Below are positions 47,207 through 61,147 of a stretch of 64,000 nucleotides of DNA, piece after piece. A model generated the notes under the pieces. It saw only the letters and a list, made by a program, of their open reading frames with translations. It searched no databases and had not been told where the DNA came from. This stretch comes from Raillietiella orientalis (lineage: Eukaryota), in NCBI GenBank assembly GCA_036172245.1, contig JAYWIR010000023.1, positions 1 to 64,000 of the forward strand, read 5' to 3'. Position numbers and translations under genes: made by a program. Each line of letters opens with the position of its first letter. Within the stretch, counting starts at the first letter, position 1.

Positions 47207-49490
47207 TCAACAACTTCTGCCTTCTATTTGGTGGGCTAAAATTACACATGGCAAAATGAACTAGGCATTAAATTATGACGTGCTTACAGAGCTTAGGAAT
47301 TCTCAGGGCTTCTAGGTCTCCAATAGTGGCCTGATGCGCCAATCCATGGAACATATACTCTACAAAAAGGATTTTATCTTCTCCAATACATGGGTCATAG
47401 AAGCCTGGTAAATAACACTAGAAAAACCATCAAGGTTTACCTTGAGAATTCCATAATACAACCTTTGAAGATTCATGCAGAATAAGTTGCGAATTTTTCA
47501 CTAAGCACTGCAATGGAACCGTCACATCAATAATCTCAGCATCCTCAGATTGACTGAACCACCAATAAAAATGATTGAATCTTGGCCAACCTGTTAGCAT
47601 CCTTGACCAGACGGCCATACAAAGCTTTTGTTATCACAAGACCTCCTTTGGCACTCTCTTCTGTCACAATTCTCTCCACCGTTTCTTTCATTAGTGCGAT
47701 GGCAGCTTGTGCTTCACTCTTTGTTTCTGAAATTCTGCACAAAGCTGTCATCCTCTATGCTATAAACTGACAAACCTCGAAGCCCTCTGTTCTTGTTTCT
47801 TTTTCTTTTCTTCCTGTTCCTGCCTTGATAAGTACGGACTGACAATGAACTTTTTCACAGCAAAATAACAGACAAGAGGCACTAGGGTTCCATATACTAT
47901 GCATGCAGGAAGAATCTCATCTGATAGAACAACAGGGAACAGAAAATTATAGTCGCCTCGAATTAGTCTGGAAAGCATACATGAACATGAAATGGCTTCT
48001 TAACAACATGGTGTGCAATTATGCACCATACAGGAGCAAATGTGCAATTTCCTTACTTGACTTTTAAGATGACACCAGATGTTGATCCGACAGACACTGA
48101 TGCTCCCAAAGTGCTGTATTTTGTGATTTTCTTATCTGCTCCATACTCAAAAAGAGCACCAAATGTACCCACCCTATAATCATGGAAGGAATTATAATTT
48201 CACTGGAGTAGACTTACTTGGTATTCACATGGAGTTGGATATCAAAGTCAGGCAGTTTGTGTGTGTATGTGACTGAAATGTAGGAATGGGGAAGGCCAAT
48301 ATGTAAGGAACAAGATGTGTGGATCCCACCACGCTCATGTGCTAATGAAGTACTTATGCCACTTTGATGACCTTCTTTCCATGTTAAGGTTCCAGTGGTG
48401 TTCTTGTCCAGCTGTGTCACCAATGCTGCTTCCAGTGTGCAAATTGTTTAAGATCAAGCTAACTTACAGCAGTTTAGCCCAAGCTGCAATCCGTCAGATA
48501 CAGAAGACAGCATTCCTGCCAATGTCACATAACTGAAGCAGGCTGAAGTACAATGCCTACAGCTCTACACACAACTAGCTTACCTTCTTTTGGCTAAATA
48601 ATAAGACAATTTAACACTGGAACAAGGATTACTCCCAAGAGATAGTTCAGCTTCTCCAGCAGCTTTGGAAGACAATGCTTTCCAGATAGCAACACCTATC
48701 CCCCCTGATCCTATCCCATTTTGAGAATGAACTGAAGCTGATAAAGTAGCCATGTCTCTAATAGTAAGTGGTGCATCCACAGACTGATGTATTGAGATAC
48801 TGCTGATTTCTAAATAAGGCAACCACCTTGAGATCAAACATTATCAAATGAAATACGTAAATTGAACTGATAACCTATGCTCATCATATGGATCAGTGTC
48901 AAAGAGATCTCTTGCGTTAATCATCACTGTAATGGTTCCCTTGGGATTGGTACGCTGCATTAACCTTCTCTTTTCTCTTTCTCTAAGTAAGAGTCAATAA
49001 GATTCTTCAATGGTCACTCAGCAAAAGTTACCTAAGCAGATTTTCATACTCTTCTCGTATTTCCTGAGGAGTCTTATGCCTTGGAACTATCTCCCAGCCA
49101 TCTGTCTCCAAACCCTTAATTCCCAGAGTATCATATATTGCCCTCTTGTGCGCATCACACAGGACTACATGTCGTATCACAGGTAGTTGTCGAACACCAA
49201 ACATCAAACCATACCTTCATAAGCTCGCTTCGCTTTGTTGAAAATGATCTGCGCTTCCATCTTGAGTTTTTCATCTTGATGTTTATCTGGATGGTACAAT
49301 CTGCTCATTTTTCTGTATGCATTTGTTATTTCCTCTGTAGTAGCCTACATAAGACAAAATAATATTAACAAAGTAGGAAAAAAAGTTCGACTTTAATTCT
49401 AAAATTTCTAGTGAAGGTTACCTGTTTGGAAACATTCAGAAATGCATAGAAATCATCAGAAACTGACTCTTCTTCATTTTCCTGATCCAT
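47207..49490 (-). CDS. DNAJC11: DnaJ homolog subfamily C member 11 (multi-exon)
   Basis: Starts [20 protein letters not shown], with a J-domain containing LYHPDKH, then KRAIYDTLG and RTNPKGTI. C-terminal [19 protein letters not shown] and [15 protein letters not shown] (TGA at 47209-47207). Confidence 0.95.
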
Positions 49491-50390
49491 GACAAATGCA
49501 GTTAAAGAAGTAATATAGGTTTATAAATTTTGCACATCAAAGTATTTAACTGAATTTTAATGGTGCATTTATTACACTTCTATAACAATACATATCATTA
49601 CACTTGAGATAATCGATCATGATTTGCGAATACAGTTAACTTACAATACTGATGAGTGGCTTAGGAATCATCATCATCTGATGTACTCATCTGTTCACAA
49701 TTAGAACTTTATGAAACACTATAAACGTACAGCCACTACTTTGTGTATATAAATGCACATTACACTGTGGACTTTGAACGCTTAATAAAAATTTTCAATT
49801 GACCCACTGTTTTAAATAACTCCCCAAAAGAAGCAATGCCAGTTTCTGAAGTCACCTAAGACATCATATGTTGCACACATAATGAAGACACATGAGAACT
49901 GAACTAAATGAAAACACAAATGAGAAATCTTTATTGAACCAAGCAAATATGTGTATCTCACATACGAGGTAACAACTAATTGTTGTAGTCAACAAGCAGT
50001 TCTCATTTTCCAACAGATAAGTAGAAATTGAAATTACAAGCATTACATTAAACAGACATAACCAGACGAAAATATAAGACATATTTACTATGTATACTAA
50101 AATAACGAGCATACAGCATCTCTGTATAAAAATAGAGAGTAGGGCCAAGCATGGCTTCTTATATTAAATGTTTTAATACTGTTAAATACTAAGATAAAAA
50201 CTTTAAAATAAGCAGAACTCCAAGAAACCAGTTGCCACAGGGACAAAATCTGGCAAGGATGAAAAGACTTTGAAAGGAAAAATGTACATATTCCCGATTC
50301 TGGAAGGAAATCCATGCTCAACTAGCATATTCACAGCCATCAGAAAAATTGGGGCAAGGACATTTAAAAAATGAATTAATAAAAATGAAA

Positions 50391-53300
50391 TTAGCTAGTC
50401 AGTTGAGAAGAAAGTACAGCAGATAGGAAACCTGTAGACTCCTTTTTTTCATTAGCTTGAGACTGTGCTAAAGCAACAGAAAGACACTGCACCCATTCTT
50501 CTGCATTTTTTCCATCTTTGGGCTTTAGAACAAAACTTCTGTCATCAGTGAAGATTTCAAATGCTTTGGGAATATTCCGGATACCTTTGCTGATAGTTTT
50601 TACACTACGAATTTCATTGATCTCTATGAAGCTCCTATCCTTTTTCTGAAAAAGGTAATGAAATCTAATCTCTAGGTAATTATTTTCATTCAACTCACAT
50701 ATCCGCGGTACGATAAATGTCCAGCAGACAAAGTGAAATAGCGTGTCTTCCACCTCTTGAAGAGCTTCCATTTACCTTTTTTCTCTTTGAGCTCACCCTC
50801 AATGACAGGCTCTTTACAATTTATGAAACCAACGGCTCGATCAGGATGATTACACAGGAAGCAACCCCACAGCTGATCCATACCATTGTATTCAAAGACA
50901 TCAAAAAAGCGCACACTGCGAAGTTCTAATAGCAGTACTTCTTGATCCTGCAAAAAAAAGTGCCATTAAACCCAAAAGCACATGCACAAACATCCCACAT
51001 TCATCCCAGTATTCCTGCGAAATGTAAACAGAAAAGAGCCATAATACTAATGGCACACATACTACCTTAGCTGAGGGAAAGGCTGAAGTGACCAATGTTA
51101 GAAAGGTATTTCCATCACACTGCAGCATGTCCCAACAATACTTGAGGCTAGTGACACAAGTATCTCGGCTACTGAAAGCTAAATTAGCACGAGCCTGAGA
51201 CGCTTTTTAAACAACACCCCTGTAAATACAGCACACTACCTGTAAGGAGAGAAACATAAGATGTACCCAAAGTCTAGGATTGCGAGTCTTCAGACTAAAG
51301 AATGACTTATGATAAAGACAGTGTTCCCGCTGGGCTTGGCAAGTGAAATTTAATTTGGCATGCTTGCTGTTCTTCCTTTCTGTAGAACATAACTGCAGTT
51401 TCTTTTTTCATTTTAAGGTATTCTTAGTTCTACCTTCAATAGTACATTTGACAGGTAGAGGCAATTTCACACCCACTTTCTGCATATACGCCTTGATCTT
51501 ATCCAAATGCTTCTCACAGAAGCTCTGAATGGTATCTTTGACTGGAATAGGTTCAAATACACTGATTCGCTATAAGAAGACAAAACATGGAACCTATTAA
51601 GACATCTTATTGGGGAACTCCTACCTGTACCTGTAGTTTTACTGGAGCATTCTCACATTCTTTAGAATCAGTTATGACAGTGACTGATGTGTTGCTGCAA
51701 AGTGCCATTGCTGAGGCTGGAGAGACCATCCTTTTGGAGTTTTCTACAGAAGACTGTGGCATACTATCCATCACTTATAGAAATCCTCACAACAATAATA
51801 AACAAATTAAATAACGTACCTGTAGGCATGTGATAACTGGGCACAGTCTTACCAGATAAGATGGATCCTGCAATGAATCAGATATCTCACAATGCATGGT
51901 TTCATCACTTACGGCAAGGAACTTTTGTAAAACTGACAGCACCATCAAGCTCTTCCGATCTTTAAAAACGTTTAAGAACATTTCAGCAAATGCATACACC
52001 TACCCAATCAGCTTTTTGCTCACACCATTATCATACAAACTAAAAATACTACGATTTGGTGATGCCAATCCAAAAGTGTTGTGACTATCAAGAACAGATA
52101 GTGACTTATGAATGGGCATCTGGCTAGAAGTAAGTTTGGATAAGCTCTTTTGAAGACCTAATGTGGATCCAACACGTCCACTTATTGGAAAATCTGATCA
52201 CTTATTATAAATCTAAACTACTGGAGGCAGAAGATATTTACTGTGATTTACATAGGAAGTTGAACCAATCCTTGAAGTGCTTTTCAGTTGATTAGACACT
52301 TTCAATTTACTTCCGGGATCCACTTTAATTACAGTAATACTGCTTCCAGGAGCAGGATTGGGAGAGCGAATAGCATCATATTCATTATGTAGCTGTTGTA
52401 TACAAGCCTGGACAGCAAGAGATCCTTTGTTCTGATATTTGCTGACTTCAAGAACTAGTTTTTCATTCAACAATGAGGGATAGGTCTCACACAAGGATAC
52501 CAACTGAGTGAAAGGCATAGTCATATGATTTACATCAACTCGATGCAATTGCTCTAGGATGTACTGAATTGCCAAACGAGCTTTTTCCTGAAGGATAGTT
52601 ATTACATAGAAGCTTATAACAAACCCTGTTAATTAACAATACCTTATTAATTCGACCCATTGTGCCAATGATTTGCATTGCAGGGAGAAGACACTGTTCA
52701 TTTGTATCAACTGTTGCTTTCAACCTTGAAAACTGATCAATAAAGGCTTGTGGTTTCAGATGCACTATATTTTGAAGAATTTTTAATGTTATTAAAGCAG
52801 TGGCAGGATGTGACAAACAATCAAACAAGTGGATGAGACTAGATTCTAAAACCTAAAATAAAATGCCTCACTATAATTATAATTCAATCTGTTGAAGACC
52901 AAAAATTACTCAGGAAATACCACTGCAACTATCTTACTTACCAAATTTTTACATCACAAAGCAGCCTGAGGAAATCAGATATTAGCGATGGGTTTTTTGA
53001 ATTTGAATAAGAAGAAATAGAAATTTTGAAGTTCATAAACGCACACAAACATTCTAAAATATTCGAAAATTCACAGAGAAGAAATGTTTCTATCTCATGG
53101 TGAATTCTAACCATTCATTGTAATAAATTGAATGAATTCGTAAAACGAATTCGAATTTTGAAAAAGAAAATCTTTACTGTTTGCCTTCATAGCATTTCAA
53201 TTTAAAAAACGCACAAATGAATACCTTTTCCTATTTGAATATAATTCATTTAGAAGATCCATTTAACTTGTCATTTTAAGTAAACATCCTATTTCCCAAA

Positions 53301-55198
53301 AATCACATAATGAGCAGTCTTGATATTCAAGATGCTTTTGGAATCATAATTCCTGATCATACACTGCAATCAATTCAACAACAAGGTAACTCATGGGACA
53401 CCATAAATGAATAAAGTGATCAATTGGTAAAATTTGAATTTTTACTTTGATCCCTAACTCGAAAGGAGATTACTTAATTGAACAGCATGAAATATCAAAA
53501 GCTTTCTGATAACGATGACCAGTGTTCCATCAGTTTTATTCTAGGTAAACAAGTGTAAAAAATGTAGAAATAAATGCCAAAAAGTCATAAAACAATTCCT
53601 TTCAAAAGGAAACTAAGCTATCAATCCCAAAACAACTTAATGAAATTAAAAGTCTTCAAGGAAACTTTGCATCTAAAAACTTGAAGCATAGTGATAGCTC
53701 CTAATAACACAAAACCACAAAATAAATGCCATGCCATACAGCATCTTAAAAACTACATAGCATACATGGTACACATATGACACCATCTTTTCGAAATGCA
53801 ATCTTGATTTTTTTTTGTTGCAAAAATCACAATTCAGTTTTCCCTGAGCTCTTAGTTTCAGAATGATAATAAAGATATGAAATGAATGAATGAAGTGAAT
53901 AATAAGCTTTAGATAATGAAATTTTCTGAGAAACTGTAGTTAATTTGCCAACCTATTAAGTTTGTGATACTCAGCTTATTGAACTGAAATTCCCTATCTC
54001 AACCCACTCCTATCTATCAATTAGGAACATATACCTGTCCCAAACAAAACATAACCTAAAGTGAAAATACAAAAAAGTGCTCCATATGCTTCATATATAT
54101 CAGTTAATGTTTAATGAATACAAAACATTTTACTTGTACTCACGAGTGGTTTTGTTGTTGATATACAATGTAGCAGTGTTAAAACCGCTAAACGTTCAGA
54201 TATCTCACAGTGAGGGAGCAATAAAACTAATGATGCAGCATGTTCATTTATAGGTTCCTGATTGATAAAATATACTTCAGGCAAAACTCTAGCTAAGCTA
54301 TAATTTCCTAAACAAAAGTTCACTTGCAAAAACCATGTGGGTATCCTTACCTCCAATTATGGAATCAATAATTGGCTGGATGTAGCGAGCCAAAATTTCA
54401 GCACTATCCAAAGCAGCTAAACATAGATATGCTGTCAAGTTTCTATTCAATTCTTTGTTTCCTTTACAAAGAAATTTCACTGCCACAGGTATTGCAATTT
54501 TCATTACTTCCCTTTTGTTGTAGTTCTGAAAGCTCATTAACTGGAATACTCCCACATGCCATAGAACTTACCAAAAATATGCACGAGATGATCTCTGAAG
54601 CAATTTTGGCATGTGGCATATCTTCATCGTTACAGGAAGGCTTCAGGTCATGAAGCAAGCAAGATTCCAACAAACTAATAAGAAATGGTGCATTTATTTC
54701 TACAGTTGATGTTTCCCTAAAAGACATCTTCTTGGAAGATTTCTCTACAAAACAAGCTTACCTAATGCAAGTAGTTATCCTGGTTATACAAATTTCAACA
54801 ATACTTTGATCATTTGCATTATGAATATAATTTATTTGTGATGTGATCTCATTTATTTTCTGAAGTACTTCTATAACACTGGATACAATCTCTTCATCAG
54901 GCAACAGAAATAAGTTTCCTGCCTAAACACAAATATAACGCACGAAGAGTTAGTACTGGATTATCATTTTGGGAGAAATAATTATGATTTTTACATTGAA
55001 ATCATGGTACCGAAACACTATGTGAAGGGTCAAATGTACGCCACTTGACTACGGAAAAATAACGCGAACGTTACGTTCTGTGAACATGTACCATGAGATC
55101 TTTAATTACTGGAAGTTTTGCTACTTCAGTTTTTTCTCCGATCATCTCACCTTGGACAGATCCTTTTTATTCAAAACTTCTGCAAATAAATGATGCAT
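50391..55198 (-). CDS. melt/VEPH1: Protein melted / ventricular zone-expressed PH domain protein 1 (multi-exon)
   Basis: First exon 55198-55151 MHHLFAEVLNKKDLSK, then AGNLFLLPDEEI, NDQSIVEICITRIT and PHAKIASEIISCIF. C-terminal PH domain WGCFLCNHPD...IEGELKEKKGKWKLFKRWKTRYFTLS...IPKAFEIFT...AEEWVQCL. Stop at 50393-50391. Confidence 0.95.
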
Positions 55199-58100
55199 GC
55201 TTTACTTTATTCTCTTTCTCACTAAATCGTAAGCAGAAGTTTTTTTTTTTTTTCAGTGACATAGTCCTTCTTCAGAAACTAGAATCAGGATATGTAGAAC
55301 ATCAAAGAATTATTCACTACTACTAACGAATTCAACTGAAGTTACACTCCATGCACGCCTGTCACGTGCAATCCGCCCTCCGCTGCAGACGACCGCATGT
55401 CGTACCAAATGCTCGAGTCAAATGCAAAATGCACTCTGGGAAAACGTCAACGTGTGCAGCTTGAACCCACACCAAGTCATTGCTAACAAATTTCACTGTG
55501 ATAAATTACATCTTAAGTGACTTGCTTTCTTATGGAAAGCATTATTTTCAATCACACTTTTGTCATCATGATCATCACCGCAATTTCCCAATCCTACACA
55601 GAAAGAAAATGAATCTTTCAGTAGTACGATTAACTGGCTAATGAAACGAAAGTATGATAAGATTAAAGCAGCATTCCGAAGAAAAATGCTAATTAATATA
55701 ATTTAGGGTTGAGTTTGAATTTTTATTCCCTAAAACGCTTTTCAAAGCAAAAAAAATTTGCAGAATGAAACAGAATACTCGCCTTCACCACAACCTCATT
55801 GTCTTGAACAAGTTAAGCAGAAAAGCATGCAATATATGTTAAATAGCTTATTTTTTGGAAACAAGACTGAATTTGCATGGTTCGAGATGCAAAAGAGATG
55901 GTATTTAAATAGATAATGACAGATAGGGAAGCTCAGTGCAAAAGAGTCTTAACCTGGAAGTTCAACTAAGAAGTAAAATATACAACATGACCTTTCATAC
56001 CAAGTAATATTTTATTTGCTCAGAATGAAAGGTTATTGTATTCTTATTATAAAGCTAGCCGATGGCTAATTCATGGAAATGTTTTCATGGAAAGTTTCTA
56101 TTCGTTGAAAGAAGATAGAATGAAGAAGACATCAAAAGATATATATTGGAATCTGATATTATTCAGATAATCGAAAGTCCGTTTACAAATGTTTTCTCGG
56201 ATAGGTTTCAAAATGCAAAGCTTCTTGGCTTTGAATTTTGCGTCCATTTTTTAAAAGTTGTAGTTTTAGAAAAGAAAGCAGTGAATCTACCTTTTTGCAT
56301 GAGCATTTATTAAACATTTTTAGGAGTCCAATATACTTATGCCAATGCAGTTATAGCGTCTGAAAAAGGATCTAATTTTTATAATAGCGAACACTGATAG
56401 GGTAGTGTTCTTTCTCTGAGAGATAATCTACCTTTCGGGAGGGAAAATAGATTTCAAAAGTCAAATTGCACTTTTAAAAAGTACTCTGCCCGCAATATCA
56501 AAACAATCTCATCAAAACAATCCAGAACAGGAGGTATTCAACTTTGCTGAGCCAAAATCATCAACGAAGCATGAAGTGATGCGAAGACGGAAGGCACCGA
56601 ATGAATTTGGAATTTATTGGAGCAGTCGAGCACAGGTTACAGAGGTCGAAATGTTTCCACGAAATCTTCAATTTCGGTGGATCTCATAGGACCAATATGA
56701 CTGTGCATGCAGAAGTTCGAGAGTATGCTTGAAAAGAGTTTCAAGTAGTTCATCGTTCCGATGGACCCTTGAGACTGTCGGTGGATGACCTTTTTTCTTG
56801 TACAGATTCCTCAATCATTCGAAGTTCGGGGTGATGTTTCCGTTGTACCATAAACGAGTTCCTAACGGTAGTAACGTGAAAATCCTGAAACGTAGTTTTA
56901 ACCGTTTAAGCGGATCTTCAAGATGTGCCTCAGCATCCTGTTGCATTTTGCCGCCAATTGGATCCTGGTTTCTCGCACGAAATGCCTTTTTTTTTTTTTC
57001 TTTCCACCGTCGAGAATTTTGTTTTGTTTTTTTGTTTTGCTCATGCTGCAAACAGAAAAGCTGTGATTTTCGTAACCCGAAAAGGAATTTGTGGTCAAAA
57101 GTTTCTGAAAGGAATCTTTGTAATGAATGAGTTGGAGCGTATGGAAAACATTTCAGTGTTATCATAGTGAATTCTTCGATGCCACGTAAACCGACGTTTT
57201 TTTCTGCACTTGGCTGCAGTCAGTCAATCACGAATTCTTCCTGCTCGTAGCCTCATGGATTTATAATATAGATGAGTAAATAAGCAGCCAATGAATGCAC
57301 CTTTCCTTTCATAGTCATGCTTTTTCAAAAGTACAAATGTTTCATTTGTGCGCTCTTCTTCTTTGATTTCCAAGTACCATACATAACTCATAACTGCTAT
57401 GCGTATTTGTAGACTTTTGTGGAACCGCAAGAAACAGAAAAATTCGGTCACGCTAACGAGCTGATCCTCTCGGATCAGCATACCTTCGAGGGACCTGCGT
57501 ATCTAAATGGATCGCTACTAATGTGTATAAAATGCATTTTTATCGCTCCCAATTGAAAGCCATTATAGATTTACAAAATCGGTTTCTCAATCATCAACTG
57601 GAATGGGCGAATTCCCTCCAAAACTGGAATGCTTTCATGTGAGAGGGAAAAGAGGAATCTCCACCCAACACTGAGCAAGAAACGAATGCTCGTTGTCCAA
57701 TTTTGATCCGAGTGCGATTGGCATTGAGCCTCCATTAAAAAGTTCATTGCTTGCGTGGTGCTTTTCCATTTCCCCTTTCTTGTAGTTGCAGCATTTCATG
57801 TAATGTGACGCTTATTGGAAGAACAGGCCGCCTGAGATTTGCCTTCCTGCCTATTTCCTCGAGAAATGCGTTTTTCGGAAACCGAAAAGAGCAACTGGGA
57901 AGAGCTTGGGATGCACATTTTCGAGTCGCGGCAAAACTGTTGCATGTAATCGGTTCGAATCAACTGGAGAATGCTCTTGAAAGCATGATGCGAAGATTAG
58001 AATGATGCCCATTTCGTGGCCGCTGAATGTTCTGCTTACAAATTGTTCCTAAGCAGTTCGCTACCGCATTTCCTTAACTACATATGGTCTTGAGCAGCTG

Positions 58101-61100
58101 CACCGAGGTTGTCGAAATGCTCCAGAAAATACGATCAAATACGGACACGCTCTTTTTAAGTGCCGTTCGGAAGCGGAAACGATCGACACTGTGGAAGTTA
58201 AACGGAAGCACACAGCAACCACTTCCTGTAAACGTGGCAACCCTACGGCAAGCGTTCCGCAGCTAACCGCTTTCCCCACATGGACGATCCCAGGGCGATC
58301 GGCTGGGGCAGCTCTAGCTCCAGCGATGACTGGTTGCGGAGATGACCTTTGTAGGTTCGGCTGTAGGGAAGAGCGATGCAAATGCCCCAGTGGCATCGGG
58401 GGAAAAGGAAAGCCTACCAGGTTCTCGTGTGCTGCTATGCACTTTCCAAATGGGCATTTTGTGTTGTGTCATCAAAGAAAATTAGCAAGCCAGACATATG
58501 TTATAATAATATCAAGTCTGTGCACCCATGAAGCCGTGCCCATCTGAATTACTTTGCTCAACGATGAAGTAAAAATTGAGCAGTATCCAAATGCAAGTTT
58601 TCCCGTCTCCAAATCAAAGGCGTCCCACAGTTCAAGAACAGCAGAACCGGTACCCTGTCTGTAGGTAGCCGGTTGAAAAACTGCAGCATGGAGGCATCTG
58701 ACAAAAAAAGAGGGGGAAAATACGAGGGATTTGCATGAATTCGAGCTTCGCGAAAGTTCGTTTTTCTATAAAGATGCTTCTCCTTGGCCTCCTCTTTGAC
58801 AGCCGTTCTGTGTTCGCCTCTCGTGCTGCTTTTTTTTTTTTTTTTTTTTTTTTACGGAATGAGCTCAATAAACGTATTTAATGATCAAGTGGGGATTGAG
58901 GGAAGCGAAAGCAAACAATCCCTTTCTAGACTGGATGCTTCGATCTTGAAATGGGAGTCGTCTATCTGGATAGGGTGGTCAGTTTTTTAAAAATGCAGCA
59001 GACTCGATCTCCGTTGGCTTAAGGAAAAGGTAAAACACGAAAGACTTACGTCAAAAAAAATAAAATTCCAGCTTTCCATGCGATCCGAAATGCTTGGCTC
59101 CGCAAAGTTGGAAATGCAACACATAGAGAGGGGAGAAATGATACCCGCGCTGCTTTCTTCCAGGCTAAAGATTCCGAGAGCAACTCCCTTGCTTCCGGCA
59201 CCGCATCCCTGGATTCCCCACTCCTCTCTGGAAACTCATCCGTGCGCCCCGGTGGGAACTTTCGACTCGATAGAACCTTGTGCATGCGGATGCTGCTGCA
59301 CCAGGAGAAACACGATGCTCAGAGTTGCATCTGAGCATCGTGTGTGCAGCCACGCAGCCTCTCCAACATAACCAGATCACAGATGAGCTGCCACCGAATC
59401 GAGGTGCTTCAGAGTAGAGCAGTGGCCCCAGACTGCTAAACTGCACATTGCTCGAGGGAAAGTCTTTCCGGGGTGGCACTGGAGTTGTTTCCGAAAATTC
59501 TTGCAGCGACCTTCGTCCTTCAGGAGGATCCCGAGAGGAGAGTGTGCAAGGGGAAGGCTCTTCTTGTTGCTTCTTGCCGCTCTCCTACTGAGACATCTTC
59601 AGACTCCTTTTGGGTGTTCCCACGAAGTCTGTCGCTCCCCATCAGTAACTCTTGGAGTCGTCCCTGAGTTTTCTCTGCTCTGATGGAAAGGGAAAACCTT
59701 CCAGAGGTAGGGAATCGGGACCAGATGAATCTCTCCTGGTGTTCGTTCCATCAGCGTTCTAGAGAGAGAGCCAGGGCGGTTTCTGGTCTCGTTCTGGTTG
59801 TCACATTGGGGCGTTTATTTGTAAAATAAACATACATGTCTGTGGGAGAGCATTTGATCCTGCAACGTTACTTATGAATACGAAAAAGAACCTGCCGGGA
59901 TACGCGACTCTGAGGAAGGCTCCTGGAGCAAAATCGGAGAAGATCACGAAAGGAGAGCAGAGGTAGTGTGATCGTAGGTGTAGTGATAGCAGTACTGATT
60001 ATTGGTTGTAGCAGCTGGCAGCAACAGCAGCTGGAATAAGCGAGAGAACAGGGGTAGGTTGGGAAAGGGAGTGACAGTGACAATGCTGTTGACAGCAGCG
60101 ATGGTCCTAGTGGGAGTAGATGAGGTAGCATCAGTAATGGGAAAGAGGTAGAGGCTAGGACGAGATCTCCCTCTCTTACCTCTGAGAAAAGTGCCAAACG
60201 AGCCTCCCAGCATCAGAAGGGACCACCTCGTTCCCAAGGTACGAGGACTGTTGGCAAGGATGGATGCATCGGGGGGGACTGCTTAACTGTCTTCCGGGAT
60301 GCTGTGGAAACTCGGTCCAGATACGGGGGAGAGGGGAAGAGGAGGAGGAGGAAAATAGCAAGGAGGGGGGCATTGAATCTTGCTTCGCGTCTATTCTGGA
60401 AGATTTATGTTTTCTTCGCCTTAGCGTCTAGTGCGGTAGGGATGCACCGAAAGCTTTTTCGATGCTCCCCTTGATCGTTCGGTTTCCCGAATTGACTGAT
60501 TTTCTGTTTCCATCGAAGCTCTTTGATCATCCGCAGGCACGTGATTTTTCTTTCTTTCCTCCTTCCTCTCTTCTTATTCTTTTTTTCCTTGTATTTTCTT
60601 GTGTGCTTTTTTGAGGAAGCGTCTTCACGAATGTTCGATTTCGTTCTGAAACGAACGCTTCTGTGGTACAACGCTGATTCGCAACGTTCGTCCACATCGG
60701 GATGCGGGTCACGAATTCACGAAACCGAAATTCTGGGTGTCTTACTTTCCGGTTGGCTCGCTGGAAGGCACATGGGGATTCCCGATGAAGAACTTCCTGA
60801 AAGCGGAGCGCTCGGTGGAGTCAGTAGTTTCGACGCTGATAGCGGGAGATACTGCCTTTTTTTTTTTTTTGTTTCTTCCCTTTTCGTCGTTGAGTTGCGA
60901 ATCTGTAAGGGAGCAGGCAACAAGTGTGGGGAGATCAGGAAAGTGTTGTCGATCCTGTCATCGCCGGAGGGAGACGTGCACCGGAAAATGAGCTCGCTCC
61001 CATGTGTGTCTTCCGCGGACACTGAGGGCATCGGAGCAAACGGAAAATGAGTTTCGTCACGGAAAAAAGTAAGTTCATCTGGGGGTGATGTCTGGATAGC

Positions 61101-61117
61101 CGGGATCAGAGGCTCGA

Positions 61118-61147
61118 GTGCGCGCGCGCGCGTGTATGTGTGCACAC
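61118..61147. repeat. Alternating purine-pyrimidine tract including (CG)6, a potential Z-DNA former
   Basis: GTGCGCGCGCGCGCGTGTATGTGTGCACAC, 30 nt of strict alternation. Confidence 0.55.

Noticed and set aside
47418..47440. 23-nt intron in DNAJC11
   Set aside because: Protein homology and frame favour the upstream GTTGTA donor, which gives a 45-nt intron.
56540..56950. Stop-interrupted minus-strand frame MQQDAEAHLEDPLKRLKLRF...
   Set aside because: No recognisable homology or splice support.
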